From Acidobacteriota bacterium (lineage in GTDB: Bacteria; Acidobacteriota; UBA890; WLXD01): DNA of 64,000 nt. The position numbers were made by a program, and so were the translations under genes. How positions within the stretch are numbered: position 1 is the first letter of the stretch; every line of letters starts with the position of its first letter. This document shows positions 1 to 10,237 of the stretch, piece by piece. The stretch spans positions 864,001 to 928,000 of the forward strand of contig CBDBHB010000009.1 of assembly GCA_965205505.1 (NCBI GenBank), given 5' to 3'. A model generated the notes under the pieces. That model saw nothing but the letters and a program-made list of their open reading frames with translations. It had not been told where the DNA came from and made no database searches.

Positions 1-921
1 CCCGGCGCCACCGGAGAAACTCTTGCGCGGCCCGTCCACATAGGCGCCCTGGGCGAGCATGGTGCCGACATCAGGCGACCTTTCGATGCCGCCATCGGCG
101 GTGGCCGCGTAGACGGTCGCCAGCCGGTCGCGTTTTTCCACCGGCAGGTAGAAGTGCGTGTCAGGCATGCCGAGTGGGTCCAGAATCCGCCCCTGAAAGA
201 ACGAGTCGAGATCGGTGCCCGAGACCTGTTCGATCAGCGCTCCGAGAATGTCGCTCGAATAGCCATAGATCCACTCGTCGCCGGGGTGAGCGTTGAAAGG
301 CAGCGTGGCGAGCCGATCGACGGTGACGCCGATAGGCTCGTCCTTGTCGGCGAAATACCAGCCGTAGATCTCGGCGTCCTGGTATGCGGAGCTCGCGGGA
401 CCGTCGCCGTACGAGAGGCCGGTGGAGTGTGTGAGCAGGTCGCGCACCGTGATGGGTCGCTCCGACGGCACCACGTCGTAGCCGCCGTTGTCGCCGGGTA
501 CGGCGACCGTGGTGTCGGCGAACGCCGGTAGGTACTTGCCGACCGGGTCGGAGAGCAGTATGCGCCCTTCCTCGACCAGCATCATCGCCGCCACGCTGGT
601 CACCGCCTTGGATTGCGAGGCGATCCGGAAGATCGTGTCGAGTCGCATTGGTGCACCTGCCTCGACGTCACGCTGCCCGAACGCCTCGTGATACACGACC
701 TTGCCGCCGCGCGTAAGCAGCGCCACGATTCCCGCTACCCGCCCCTCGTCCACGTAGCCTTGCAGGACATCGCTCAAGCGATCCAGGCGTGCGCTTGAAA
801 CGCCCACCGCCTCCGGTACAGCCATCGGAGTTTGTTGTGCGAGCGCCGTGCTCGAGAGCGCCAGAGCGACCAGCAGGGCGGCGAGAGCGAGGCGGCAACG
901 GGCTAGGAAGGGCCGAATCAT
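1..921 (-). CDS. Serine hydrolase, beta-lactamase family (3' end runs off the window)
   Basis: Hand translation from ATG at 921 (RBS AAGGAG): signal peptide MIRPFLARCRLALAALLVALALSSTALAQ, then DTIFRIASQSK (SxxK) and LLTHTTGL. Not in the ORF track because it is open-ended. Confidence 0.9.
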   Translation of the reverse strand, partial: MIRPFLARCRLALAALLVALALSSTALAQQTPMAVPEAVGVSSARLDRLSDVLQGYVDEGRVAGIVALLTRGGKVVYHEAFGQRDVEAGAPMRLDTIFRIASQSKAVTSVAAMMLVEEGRILLSDPVGKYLPAFADTTVAVPGDNGGYDVVPSERPITVRDLLTHSTGLSYGDGPASSAYQDAEIYGWYFADKDEPIGVTVDRLATLPFNAHPGDEWIYGYSSDILGALIEQVSGTDLDSFFQGRILDPLGMPDTHFYLPVEKRDRLATVYAATADGGIERSPDVGTMLAQGAYVDGPRKSFSGGAG

Positions 922-1070
922 CGGGATCTCCTTTGTCTCGACGGAGTCTCGGTAAGCTGCTGCCGCCGCAGCATACCGTACCGCCCTCGGGATAGCCTGG
1001 CGCGAATCAAGAACGTTGGCCGTGCTAGTTTTCCCTATGGGATGCCGAGGTTAGTCGGAGGGGATTCTGA

Positions 1071-1778
1071 ATGAACGATTGGCGAGCACTTTCACTTCTG
1101 GTCTGCTTTGTCGGAGCGGGCTGCCAGCAGGCGGCGGATTCCTCATCGACGCCCTCCCCAACCGGCTCTGACGCCGCGCTCGACACGGCGCAGCAGCGCG
1201 GCAGCTATGCGCAGGGCTGGGGCGTCGGCAGACGAGGAAGCTCGATGCCGCTCGATAACGAGGCCTTCATCGCCGGTATGCGCGATGGCCTCTCCGGGGT
1301 CGAGAGCCGTCTCACCGACGCCGAGATGCAGCAGGCGATGGTGGAGTTCAACGCGTTTGTCGCCGATGCAAAGACGGCCGGGGCAGCCGGCAACCGCGCC
1401 GCCGGGGCGGATTTCTTGGAGCAGAACGCCCAGCGTGAGGGCGTGCGTGTTACCGAAAGCGGTCTGCAGTACGAGGTCGTATTCGAGGGCGACGGGGCGC
1501 AGCCGAAGGAGACCGATGTGGTCAAGGTGCTCTATCGGGGCACGCGCATCGACGGCGAAGTGTTCGACGAGACCGATCCAGCCAGCCCGGCGCAGTTCTC
1601 CGTGAACCAGGTGATCGCCGGGTGGACCGAGGGGCTGCAGCTGATGTCGCTGGGCGCCAAGTACAAGCTCTATATCCCAGCCGACCTGGCGTACGGCGAC
1701 AACCCACGCCCAGGTGTGATTCAACCGGGTGACACACTGGTCTTCGACGTCGAGATCGTCGAGTTGCTGCAGCGCTGA
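1071..1778 (+). CDS. FKBP-type peptidyl-prolyl isomerase (FkpA/Mip-like), probable lipoprotein
   Basis: TESGLQY, YRGTRIDGEVFD, VIAGWTEGL, YIPADLAYG motifs; lipobox-like GAGC. Confidence 0.95.
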   Translation: MNDWRALSLLVCFVGAGCQQAADSSSTPSPTGSDAALDTAQQRGSYAQGWGVGRRGSSMPLDNEAFIAGMRDGLSGVESRLTDAEMQQAMVEFNAFVADAKTAGAAGNRAAGADFLEQNAQREGVRVTESGLQYEVVFEGDGAQPKETDVVKVLYRGTRIDGEVFDETDPASPAQFSVNQVIAGWTEGLQLMSLGAKYKLYIPADLAYGDNPRPGVIQPGDTLVFDVEIVELLQR

Positions 1779-1814
1779 CAGCGGCATAGCTAGCAGATCT
1801 CGCTGGCGCCCTAC

Positions 1815-3668
1815 TCAGCTGGCCACAGCCTCCGCGATGCAGGCCAGAAACGTCTCTCCGAGGTCTGCGAGCTTCTTCTCACCGACGCCGTGCACCTGCA
1901 GGAACTGCTCCGGGCTGGCCGGCTTCTTGCGTGCCATGTCGCGTAGGCTGGCGTCGCTGAAGATCACATACGGAGGGACGTTGCGCTGGCGTGCCAAGCG
2001 GGTGCGCAGGGCGCGTAGATCTTCGAACAGCTCGCGGTCGACGCCCTCCCAGGACTCCGCCTCACCACGCGTTGTGCGTACCCGGCGCGTCTTGACGGGC
2101 ACCAGCTGAACCTTCTGTTCGCTGCGTAGCACCCGCATCGAGGTCTCGTTGAGCTGCAGCACCGGGTACTCGCTGTCGCTGCGATCGAGCACGCGTTGGT
2201 CGAGGAGCTGGAAAGTCAGGTTCATGAGCTCCGCCCGCGTGCGACCGTCGATCAGGCCATAGGTGCTCAGCGCATCGTGACCCAGCGAGCGAATCCGCTC
2301 GGTATCGGCGCCGCGAAGCACATCGGCGACGTGGCCGATGCCATACGACTGGCCGACACGGGCAACGCACGACAGCACCATCTGAGCCTCCTTGGTACCG
2401 TCGACGAGGCCCTCGGTCTCGCCGAGGCACACGTCACAGGCGCCGCAGCCGTCGTCGGCCGGCGGTTCGTAGCGCTGCCCGAAGTACTCGGTGAGCGATC
2501 GATGTCGACACGTTCCGGGAGCACAGAACCGCCGCATTTCGTCGAGCAGGCCGAGCGCGGCCTGCAGCCCTTCGCGCGGGCGGCCGTCGTCGGCATCGCT
2601 GCGCTCCAGAACCGTTCGCCAGCGCAGCGCATCGGCCGGGGAATGCAGCAACACGCATTCCGCCACCAGCCCGTCGCGACCAGCGCGACCGGTCTCTTGC
2701 TGGTAGTGCTCGACCGACTTCGGCATCGCGGCGTGGATGACGCAGCGTACGTCGCTGCGATCGATCCCCATGCCGAAGGCAACGGTGGCCACGATGATGT
2801 CGATCTCTTCGGTGGCGAACGCGTCTTGCGTTCGGCTGCGCTCGCTCGCCTCGAGGCCAGCGTGATAGTAGGCGGCTCGATGGCCCTGTGCCTGGAGGCT
2901 CTCGGCCAGCCGCTCGGTGTCCTTGCGGCTGATGCAGTAGACGATTATCGCCTCGTGGGGATGAGGCCGGAGGATCTCGAGGACCTGGGCGCGCAGCTCG
3001 AGGCGCGGTACCACCCGGTAGATCAGGTTGGGACGGTCGAAGCTGCCCACCAGAATCGTCGGCGACTGCAGTCCAAGCTGGTCGACGATATCGGCACGCA
3101 CGCGCTCCGTGGCGGTGGCGGTGTAGGCATGTAGGCTGGCGCCGGGGATACGTTCTTTGAGTACCGCCAGCTGGCGGTACTCCGGACGGAAGTCGTGACC
3201 CCAGTGGCTGATGCAGTGGGCCTCGTCGACCGCGAAGGTTCTGATCCGCAGCCGCTCGACCGTTTCAAGGAACCACGCGCTGACCAGGCGCTCCGGCGAC
3301 ACGAACACCAGCCGACAATCGCCGGACGCGATGAAACGTTGCGCCTCGGCGCGCTCGGCCGGATCCTGGGCGCTGTGCAGGCTGGCGGCCGGATAGCCGT
3401 TGGCGCGCAGCCCATCGACCTGGTCCTTCATCAGGGAGATCAGCGGCGAGACCACGATGTCGGTGCGGCCGGCCAGCAACGGCGGCACCTGGTAGCACAG
3501 TGACTTGCCGCCGCCGGTAGGCAAGACGACCAGCGAATCGCGTCGATCGAGCTCGGCGCGGATCGCATCCTGCTGCAATGGCCGCAGGGAATCGAAGCCC
3601 CAGTAGCGCCGCACCACCTCGGCCATGTCATCCGTGCCGCTACCGATATCGAAGGGAAGCACGGTCAT
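1815..3668 (-). CDS. recQ: ATP-dependent DNA helicase RecQ
   Basis: PTGGGKS, VDEAHCISHWGHDFRPEY, ATVAFGMGID, QETGRAGRDG, Zn-binding CGACDVC, C-terminal HRDC (VPPYVIFSDASL). Confidence 0.97.
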   Translation of the reverse strand: MTVLPFDIGSGTDDMAEVVRRYWGFDSLRPLQQDAIRAELDRRDSLVVLPTGGGKSLCYQVPPLLAGRTDIVVSPLISLMKDQVDGLRANGYPAASLHSAQDPAERAEAQRFIASGDCRLVFVSPERLVSAWFLETVERLRIRTFAVDEAHCISHWGHDFRPEYRQLAVLKERIPGASLHAYTATATERVRADIVDQLGLQSPTILVGSFDRPNLIYRVVPRLELRAQVLEILRPHPHEAIIVYCISRKDTERLAESLQAQGHRAAYYHAGLEASERSRTQDAFATEEIDIIVATVAFGMGIDRSDVRCVIHAAMPKSVEHYQQETGRAGRDGLVAECVLLHSPADALRWRTVLERSDADDGRPREGLQAALGLLDEMRRFCAPGTCRHRSLTEYFGQRYEPPADDGCGACDVCLGETEGLVDGTKEAQMVLSCVARVGQSYGIGHVADVLRGADTERIRSLGHDALSTYGLIDGRTRAELMNLTFQLLDQRVLDRSDSEYPVLQLNETSMRVLRSEQKVQLVPVKTRRVRTTRGEAESWEGVDRELFEDLRALRTRLARQRNVPPYVIFSDASLRDMARKKPASPEQFLQVHGVGEKKLADLGETFLACIAEAVAS

Positions 3669-4145
3669 CGGAGACGGTCATCCATCCAGAGAGCCCACCA
3701 CACATGCCGCCGCCCCCCGGCGGCAGCAACTAACCATAGCCCGTCGAGCCGGCCAGCGTGGCAGCGTTCGCGTATGTCGCGGTGGCGAACTTGCTGACAC
3801 GGTCGATCAGCTCGTCTACGACGACACCGACGAAGAGGTGGTTAGCGACTTCGAGCCCGACGACTATCCGGCCCCTGCGGCGGGATCCTGGAGGTGCGGC
3901 TGCCGGGATGCTCGGCCGAAACCTGCGTCTTCGGGGTCCAGGTATTCGAGCGTTGAGGCGCGTCCTTCCGCGGTCACTAGACGTCGACGGAAACGTCGAC
4001 ATATTGTCAAAAGTGAACACTGCGCAACACAAAGTGTCAGGATAACGCCGATTCTAGGGAGGATCGACCACGAAGTCGGTCGGCACTGATCTTGCATCGA
4101 CAGTTTGACGGGTTCCCTGCAAACTTTTCTGCCGGGAGGAAGACC

Positions 4146-4520
4146 ATGTCAAAGGGCCGAGTTGCCACCGTGCTCGGTGTCGCCCTCGCGGTCGGCACAC
4201 TTGCGTTCGCCGCGGGCTGTGCCAGCCACTACGGACGTTACGGAGTGTCCTACGGGCACTCGGCACCGGGTTGGCACTACGGATCGTCGTTCAACGTTGG
4301 CGGGCTGGGATTCCAGGTGCTGTACAGCACCCACGGACCGCGGCGCGGCTACTTTTTCCGCTCCGCGCGGTTCGGGTCCTCGCGCTACTGCGGTCGATAC
4401 TGCTACCGAGATCGCGGCCACTATTACCATCACTCGGGCTGCCGACACTTCGGCCGCTACGTGTCGGGCTACGGCTACAACGTCGGGTCGTTGCTGCGCC
4501 ACTACGGGCCACAGTACTGA
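4146..4520 (+). CDS. Small Gly/Tyr/His/Arg-rich putative lipoprotein
   Basis: RBS GGGAGGA, ATG at 4146, hydrophobic signal ending AAGC, low-complexity mature region. Confidence 0.7.
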   Translation: MSKGRVATVLGVALAVGTLAFAAGCASHYGRYGVSYGHSAPGWHYGSSFNVGGLGFQVLYSTHGPRRGYFFRSARFGSSRYCGRYCYRDRGHYYHHSGCRHFGRYVSGYGYNVGSLLRHYGPQY

Positions 4521-4547
4521 AATCGCGTCAGCCGCAGGCCGTCGGGT

Positions 4548-4862
4548 CGGCATGTCGTTGGAGCAGTATCCGGCGTGTGAGCAGTGACCGCGGTTGTCGC
4601 GAACAGTGATGTCTTTCCCCTCGTAGCGATCGAGGGCGTCGGGTCTTCGATCGTCGGCCTTGTCGTCGGTGAAGCCGATGCGCTTGTGGGTGCCGTCGCA
4701 GTACGGCTTGCGCTTCGACGCACCGCAGCGACAGAGCGACATCGCCCCTTTGGAGGGCACCGATTCGCCGCGTGAGTTGCGGAAGTCAGGCACGCCGCTG
4801 ACCTTGATCGGTCCGTCTTTGATCAGCTTGATGAGCGGGCGCTCGCTAGTCGTGTCGCTCAT
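4548..4862 (-). pseudogene. CDGSH iron-sulfur domain protein, 3'-truncated
   Basis: LCRCGASKRKPYCDGTH, then start of a second Fe-S domain (DNRGHCSHAGYC). The frame then runs antisense through the neighbouring gene with no further family features. Confidence 0.75.
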
Positions 4863-4977
4863 GTATGTGCGCCAGTGGCGAGCAACGGTAGCACGATGTC
4901 GATGTGCTCCGCGGGAGGCGGTCCTTGCGCCAGCCGGTAAGCTGATATCGGGCCGGCTCCACCCGAAGGCCTCCGAT

Positions 4978-5225
4978 TCAGCGTCGCAGTCGGGCGATTC
5001 GACCGTCGCTGCCCGCCGCCCAGACGGCGGCGCCATCGGAGCTTGCCGCCACAACGTGAAAACCTGTCTCGCCGAGCCCGATCCAGCTCTGGCCACCGTC
5101 CGGCGAGACGTCTGAGCCGCTGGCGCCAACGGCGATGAGCGCCGGTGGGATGGTTCCCGAGACGGCCGCGACGCACGAGCGGTAGCCGCCCGGCGGCACG
5201 CCCGTCGGAGCCGTCCAGGTGGAGC
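4978..5225 (-). pseudogene. C-terminal fragment of a BNR/Ycf48-like beta-propeller protein
   Basis: GYRSCVA, GSDVSPDGGQSW (Asp-box), VWAAGSDGRIARL; no plausible N-terminus. Confidence 0.65.
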
Positions 5226-5328
5226 CGGTGATCTCCGTCGGTCGGCCGGGCGGAATTGACGGCGTTGCCAGAGGGTAGCTACATTGCGTCCCACACGATA
5301 CCCGAGACGACCCAGTGGCCTGAGGCGG

Positions 5329-6219
5329 ATGAGCTCGAACCAGGCAATGCGGCACGAGGCCTTCTTCTCCGGCGATAGTCCGTACGAAGTGCTGGTGCGC
5401 GGCAACGTGCTCCTGCACCGACAGGCAGAACAAGAGCTCGCCCGGCACCTGCACGCAGTACTCGAATCGCGACCGACAGAAGCCACGATCCGGGTGCTCG
5501 ACCTAGCTTCTGGTGGCGTTCCGTCCACCATGGCGACGGCGATGGAGCTGTTCCCAGAGCGGTTTTTCCGCTACACGGGCGTCGACATCAACAAGGGGCA
5601 AGTGGAGAAAGCGAGGCGGTTTCCGTTCGCCGACAACGTCGAGGCGGAAGTACTCGAGGGTAGCGCCTGGGACCTGCTGCCGTTGTCCTCCCGCGCCCCC
5701 TTCGACCTCATCTTCGTGGGGTTGAACTGGCATCACGGTACGCCAGAAGAGCTGTGGTTCATGGCGCGCCACGCTCATACCCTGCTCGCCGAAGACGGAC
5801 GGTTGGTCAACCACGACTGCTACCGGCCCGACGATGCACCGCACGTCGCCCGGCCGGAGACCGTCGACGAGGACGGAAGGTGCTGTGCTCTCGCGCTGGT
5901 GGAGCCCGCCTCGCTGGCCGCGGCGGGCGTGCCGCGGCTGAATGTCGAGGCGCTGCCGGCCGGAACGTCGACCGAGTGGCGCTCAGACCTGATCGCCCGT
6001 CTCGAGCGCGGCTACCTCGATAGCGGCGGCAACGCGAGCGGCGCGCGCATCCTGACCGCGCACTCTTCGAGGCGTGACTTCCCGGTCTCGGTGGCCGATG
6101 CTCGTCGCATCCTGGAGGCGGCGGGCTTCGAGGTCGTCGCACATCGGTACGCCCTGGTCGATGGCCCGCTGGCCAAGTACCTGGCCATGCTGACAGCCTC
6201 GCCCAAGCGCGCTGACTGA
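5329..6219 (+). CDS. Class I SAM-dependent methyltransferase
   Basis: RVLDLASGG, YTGVD, PFDLIF..LNWHH; candidate TTGACG/TACATT promoter upstream. Confidence 0.85.
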   Translation: MSSNQAMRHEAFFSGDSPYEVLVRGNVLLHRQAEQELARHLHAVLESRPTEATIRVLDLASGGVPSTMATAMELFPERFFRYTGVDINKGQVEKARRFPFADNVEAEVLEGSAWDLLPLSSRAPFDLIFVGLNWHHGTPEELWFMARHAHTLLAEDGRLVNHDCYRPDDAPHVARPETVDEDGRCCALALVEPASLAAAGVPRLNVEALPAGTSTEWRSDLIARLERGYLDSGGNASGARILTAHSSRRDFPVSVADARRILEAAGFEVVAHRYALVDGPLAKYLAMLTASPKRAD

Positions 6220-6605
6220 CCGAGGCCCGGCGTCGGTGAGGTAGCAGGCCATTCTACGGTGTCGGTCGGGCACGGTGTTCGATCGTCACGATACCGTCGG
6301 GAACCTCGACGATCGCCGGCATCGAGGTGCGTCTCCTCCCCTCCACTTTGAGAGCCGCACTGAAGTAACGCCTCGAGGTATCGGCACATGACGGCGTAGC
6401 CGAGCCGGATGCGATCGATGTCGCGATCCACGTAGTTTGACCGGGTCTCGAGCATGAACCGGATAATGGTCGAAGCGAAATCTACCCGACGATGAGCGCG
6501 GCCCGCATGAAGATCTGGGAGGTGACGGCACTAGAATAGTGAGGTGCTCGTCGCTCCAGCGATACCGTTTAGCAGTGCCGGCTTCCATCAGAGCACCAAC
6601 ACACC

Positions 6606-7307
6606 ATGATCATCCTGCATCAATTCCCGCCCGCCTACGGGTCGCACTTCAGTGTCAGCCCCTTCGCCGCCAAGGTCGAGGCCTACATGCGGCTGGCCGG
6701 CATCGACTACGAGACTGCGCCCGGCGATCCGTTCAAGGCGCCCCTCGGCAAGATCCCCTACATCGGCATCGACGGTGAGCTGGTCGGTGATTCCGGCCTG
6801 ATTGTCGAGCGTCTGAAGCAGATCTACGGTGATCCCCTCGACGCGGGTTTGACCCGGACAGAGCAAGGGCTCGGTCATCTGGTTCGCCGGACGTTGGAGG
6901 AACATCTCTACTGGGCGCTCTTGCACTCACGTTTCGGGGATGAACGTTGCTGGCCGCAGCAGCGCGGTGCGGTGGCCGCCGCTTTGCCGCCGGCGCTACG
7001 CCCGATCCTGCCGACGATCGTGCGCCGAGGCATCAGGAAGGCGCTGAAGGCGCATGGGCTCGGCCGCCACGACCAGGCGCAGATCTACCGAGCGGGCATA
7101 CAAGACCTCGAGAGCTGTCTGGAGGTATTGGGAGCCAAGCCGTATCTGTTCGGCGACGAGCCCACGAGCTACGACTGCTCATTGTTCCCCATGGCGAATG
7201 CGGTCATGACTACGCCGACGAGCAATGCCTTAACGACCGGCGCGAAGGGAATGCCGGCACTCGTGGCGTACGTCGACCGCATGGCGGAGCGACTGGGGGC
7301 GCGCTGA
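6606..7307 (+). CDS. Glutathione S-transferase family protein (metaxin/FAX-like)
   Basis: SPFAAKVEAYMR, APLGKIPYI, GDSGLI, YLFGDEPTSYD. Confidence 0.9.
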   Translation: MIILHQFPPAYGSHFSVSPFAAKVEAYMRLAGIDYETAPGDPFKAPLGKIPYIGIDGELVGDSGLIVERLKQIYGDPLDAGLTRTEQGLGHLVRRTLEEHLYWALLHSRFGDERCWPQQRGAVAAALPPALRPILPTIVRRGIRKALKAHGLGRHDQAQIYRAGIQDLESCLEVLGAKPYLFGDEPTSYDCSLFPMANAVMTTPTSNALTTGAKGMPALVAYVDRMAERLGAR

Positions 7308-7396
7308 CCCGGAGCTTCCAGCCTGAACTATGGTTGCGGGGGCTCGGGATGTTAGGTTCGAAGGCAACCAAGCCCCTGAGCGTTCGGAGCCGGATC

Positions 7397-8461
7397 ATGC
7401 GAAGCGCACTCGCCCGTGGTCTGCTGGGGCTCGGCGTCTTGATGTCGGCGGCAACGGCGATTGCCCAGCCGCAACACCAGGACCCAAGGCGACCGCAGCA
7501 GAGCGGAGCAGTTTTTGAAGTCGAGGCGATGGCGGCGGGTGTGCCGATCGAGCTCGACGCCTACGCGGAGTATCGTCGGGGCGGCACCTTCATCATCGAC
7601 GGTCAACGGGTGCGGGTCATCGCTGCCACAGTGATCGGCGGCGAAGTGCAGAACCCGAGCGAGATTGAGCTCGGCTTCGAGGCCAAGGTACAGGGACGTC
7701 GGCTCGAGACCGGGGTGATCGTCGCCGAGCGGATCGAGGCCAGGGAAAACGGCACGCAGTTGCTCGAGACGCAGGTGCGATCGGCCGGTCACGAGCTCGA
7801 GCGAGAGTGGTTGCAGGCGGGCCGTATGTACGACGGCGAGCGCACCATCGGGCAGATCGTTTCCTACGACGATCGTGTTCTTCGCGTGGAAAAGATCCTC
7901 GCCAAGCTCAAGCCCTCGTATTTGGTGCCCGGCGACGTGCGTGTGCATGTGGTCGAAACGCGCTTGTGGAATGCGTCGGCGATGGCCAACGGGTCGATCT
8001 GGATCTACACCGGGCTGATGGACGCCATCTCCGACGACGAGCTGGCGGTTATTGTCGGCCACGAGCTCGCCCACTACACCCACGAACATTCACGGCGCAG
8101 CGCCAAGTCGGGAATGTGGAAGCAGACCTTGGCCAACCTGGGCGCGGGCTTGCTGGGCGGTGCGCTTGCCGGCGGCACTGGCTCTAATGTGGCCAACGTG
8201 GCGGCGCTGATCGGTACTCAGGCCTGGACCAACGGGTACAGTCGCGAGCTCGAGGATCAGGCCGACCGGGTCGGTTTGCGCTACGCGTACGAGGCCGGCT
8301 ACGACGTCTATGCTGGGCCGATGCTCTGGGATCGCTTCCGCGAGCGCTTTGGCGAAGCCGACCCCGTTACCAACTTCATCCTCGGCACACACTCGCGTCC
8401 CACCGATCGCATCCTCAATATTCAGCGTGAGCTGCAGATCAACTACCGGGATGCCCGCTAG
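7397..8461 (+). CDS. M48 family metallopeptidase with N-terminal DUF5666-like domain
   Basis: GHELAH (HExxH), YSRELEDQADRVG, THS; signal peptide; start codon uncertain. Confidence 0.9.
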   Translation: MRSALARGLLGLGVLMSAATAIAQPQHQDPRRPQQSGAVFEVEAMAAGVPIELDAYAEYRRGGTFIIDGQRVRVIAATVIGGEVQNPSEIELGFEAKVQGRRLETGVIVAERIEARENGTQLLETQVRSAGHELEREWLQAGRMYDGERTIGQIVSYDDRVLRVEKILAKLKPSYLVPGDVRVHVVETRLWNASAMANGSIWIYTGLMDAISDDELAVIVGHELAHYTHEHSRRSAKSGMWKQTLANLGAGLLGGALAGGTGSNVANVAALIGTQAWTNGYSRELEDQADRVGLRYAYEAGYDVYAGPMLWDRFRERFGEADPVTNFILGTHSRPTDRILNIQRELQINYRDAR

Positions 8462-8491
8462 CGCAGGCAGAAACTCCACCGCTGCGGCGGC

Positions 8492-10147
8492 TCACAGCGT
8501 GCCGCGGCGCTCGTCGAGCGTGGGGCGGTCGTCGTCGTTCGCCAGCTCCCAGCTGAGGCTGTGCACCAAGCGCACGATGCGCTCCATCTTGGGGTAGTTG
8601 ATCCGATCGGGCGTGTCGGTTTCGCGGTGGTAGTCGGGGTGCAGGCCGGTATGGAAGAACAGCGCGGGAACGCCGCTCTGCAGAAACGGCCACTGGTCGC
8701 TGCGACGCAACAGGTTCGAGGGGTTGTTGTCGTAGGCGAGCTCGAGATCCAGCCCGATGGAGGCGTTGGCTTCGATGACGCCGCTGCGCAGCCCGCCGCT
8801 GTACGTGTACGCCATGATGTGGACGCTGTTGGCGTTGTCCTCGGCGGTCTGTGGCTCGAGGCCGCGGAACCGGCCGCTGTCGTCGTCGGGCACCTCCTCG
8901 TTGCGGCCGATCATGTCCATGTTCAGGGCCGCGGCGGTGCGATCGAGCGGGAACAGCGGATTCTCGGTGTACGCCCAGGCACCCAACAGCCCGACCTCTT
9001 CCGAGTTCCACGCCGCAAACAGCACTGATCGTCGCGGCCGCTGTCCGGCCGCGGCGGCGAGCGCGTACGCTTCGGCGATCTCCAACACCCCGACGGTGCC
9101 AGAGCCGTCGTCGTCGGCGCCGTTGTAGATACGGTCGCCGTCGGCGCCGTCGTGGTCGTAATGGGCGCAGACGATGACCACCTCGTCGGCGAGCTCCGGG
9201 TCGGCACCGCGCATCAGCGCCACGACGTTACGATCTTGTACGCGGCGGCGCTCGATCGTCATCGTCATGTTGATGCGAGCATCCGGTATCTCGACGGTGA
9301 CCGCCCCGGCTCCCGACTCTGCCTCGCGAGAAAGCTCGCCGAGGCTACGTCCGCCGCCTGCAACCAGCCGCTCCGCCAGCGCTGCGGAGATGCGTGCCGC
9401 CGGGATGGTGACGCGATCGGTCCAGCTGGCGAGCAGGTAGCGCGTCCGGGTCGGGGGTACCCAGAGCCCGTCGTGAGCGCTCTGCAAGCTGGCCACTGGC
9501 TCGTGGTTGTGCACGTCGCCGACGAACAGGATTCCCACCGCGCCGCGTTCCTGGGCAGTGAGAGCCTTGCGCAGATCGCGCGACACTTCGGATCGCACCA
9601 GGCCGTCGAACGGGCTCTCGGCCTCGAGCTCGCCGGGCTCGTGATCGAACACGAGCACCACCTTGCCGGTGGCGTCCGCCTCAGCATAGTCATCGTACTC
9701 GAGCGACTCGGAGGCGATGCCGAAACCGGCGAGCAGCAGCTCGCCGCTACCGGAAGCGCTGGCGCTGAAGTTCATCGGGGTGACATCGACACCCATGCGC
9801 GCGACCGAGGCGCGGCCGTCGATCGTCGTGCTGAGACGATTGCTGGTGCCCAGGGTCGTGGTGATGAGCTCGAAGGGTTGATAGTAGGAGCCATCGGGCG
9901 CCGCCGGCTCGAGGCCCAGACGCTGGAAGCGCGCTTCGATGAACTCCGCTGCCAGCGCATTCTCCGGACTCTCGGGCCCGCGGCCGCGCATGCCGTCGCC
10001 GGCGAGAAACTCGAGGTCGGCGCGCAGGTCTTCCTGGCGAATCGTCTCGTTGCCCGGGATCGACGAACCATTCGGACTAGGCGCACAAGCGACCAGTGAA
10101 ACGGACACCAGAAACGCCGACAGAGCGGAAGCAGTGTGTTCGGTCAC
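8492..10147 (-). CDS. M28 family peptidase with PA domain, lipoprotein
   Basis: CAHYDH, NGADDDGSG, SEEVGLLG, NMDMIG, RSDQWPF, HPDYH; lipobox LVAC. Confidence 0.93.
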   Translation of the reverse strand: MTEHTASALSAFLVSVSLVACAPSPNGSSIPGNETIRQEDLRADLEFLAGDGMRGRGPESPENALAAEFIEARFQRLGLEPAAPDGSYYQPFELITTTLGTSNRLSTTIDGRASVARMGVDVTPMNFSASASGSGELLLAGFGIASESLEYDDYAEADATGKVVLVFDHEPGELEAESPFDGLVRSEVSRDLRKALTAQERGAVGILFVGDVHNHEPVASLQSAHDGLWVPPTRTRYLLASWTDRVTIPAARISAALAERLVAGGGRSLGELSREAESGAGAVTVEIPDARINMTMTIERRRVQDRNVVALMRGADPELADEVVIVCAHYDHDGADGDRIYNGADDDGSGTVGVLEIAEAYALAAAAGQRPRRSVLFAAWNSEEVGLLGAWAYTENPLFPLDRTAAALNMDMIGRNEEVPDDDSGRFRGLEPQTAEDNANSVHIMAYTYSGGLRSGVIEANASIGLDLELAYDNNPSNLLRRSDQWPFLQSGVPALFFHTGLHPDYHRETDTPDRINYPKMERIVRLVHSLSWELANDDDRPTLDERRGTL

Positions 10148-10237
10148 GTTCGCCGTCCTCCCGATCAGAGGGGAAGCTCGATTGCCCGGCGATGATGCAG
10201 TGAAACGACTGGCGATACCAGGGTGCTGCGGCTCAAG

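Noticed and set aside
3690-4090. Coding-like stretch GELADTVDQLVYDDTDEEVVSDFEPDD (+) and a 100-aa ORF (-)
   Set aside because: No recognisable motif or clear start; possibly another relic, but unsupported
4149-5531. 460-aa minus-strand ORF
   Set aside because: Artefact: the CDGSH stump embedded in antisense read-through of neighbouring genes
6240-6590. Possible helical gene remnant VDFASTIIRFMLETRSNYVDRDIDRIRLGYAVMCRYLEALL (-)
   Set aside because: No start or family assignment possible by eye
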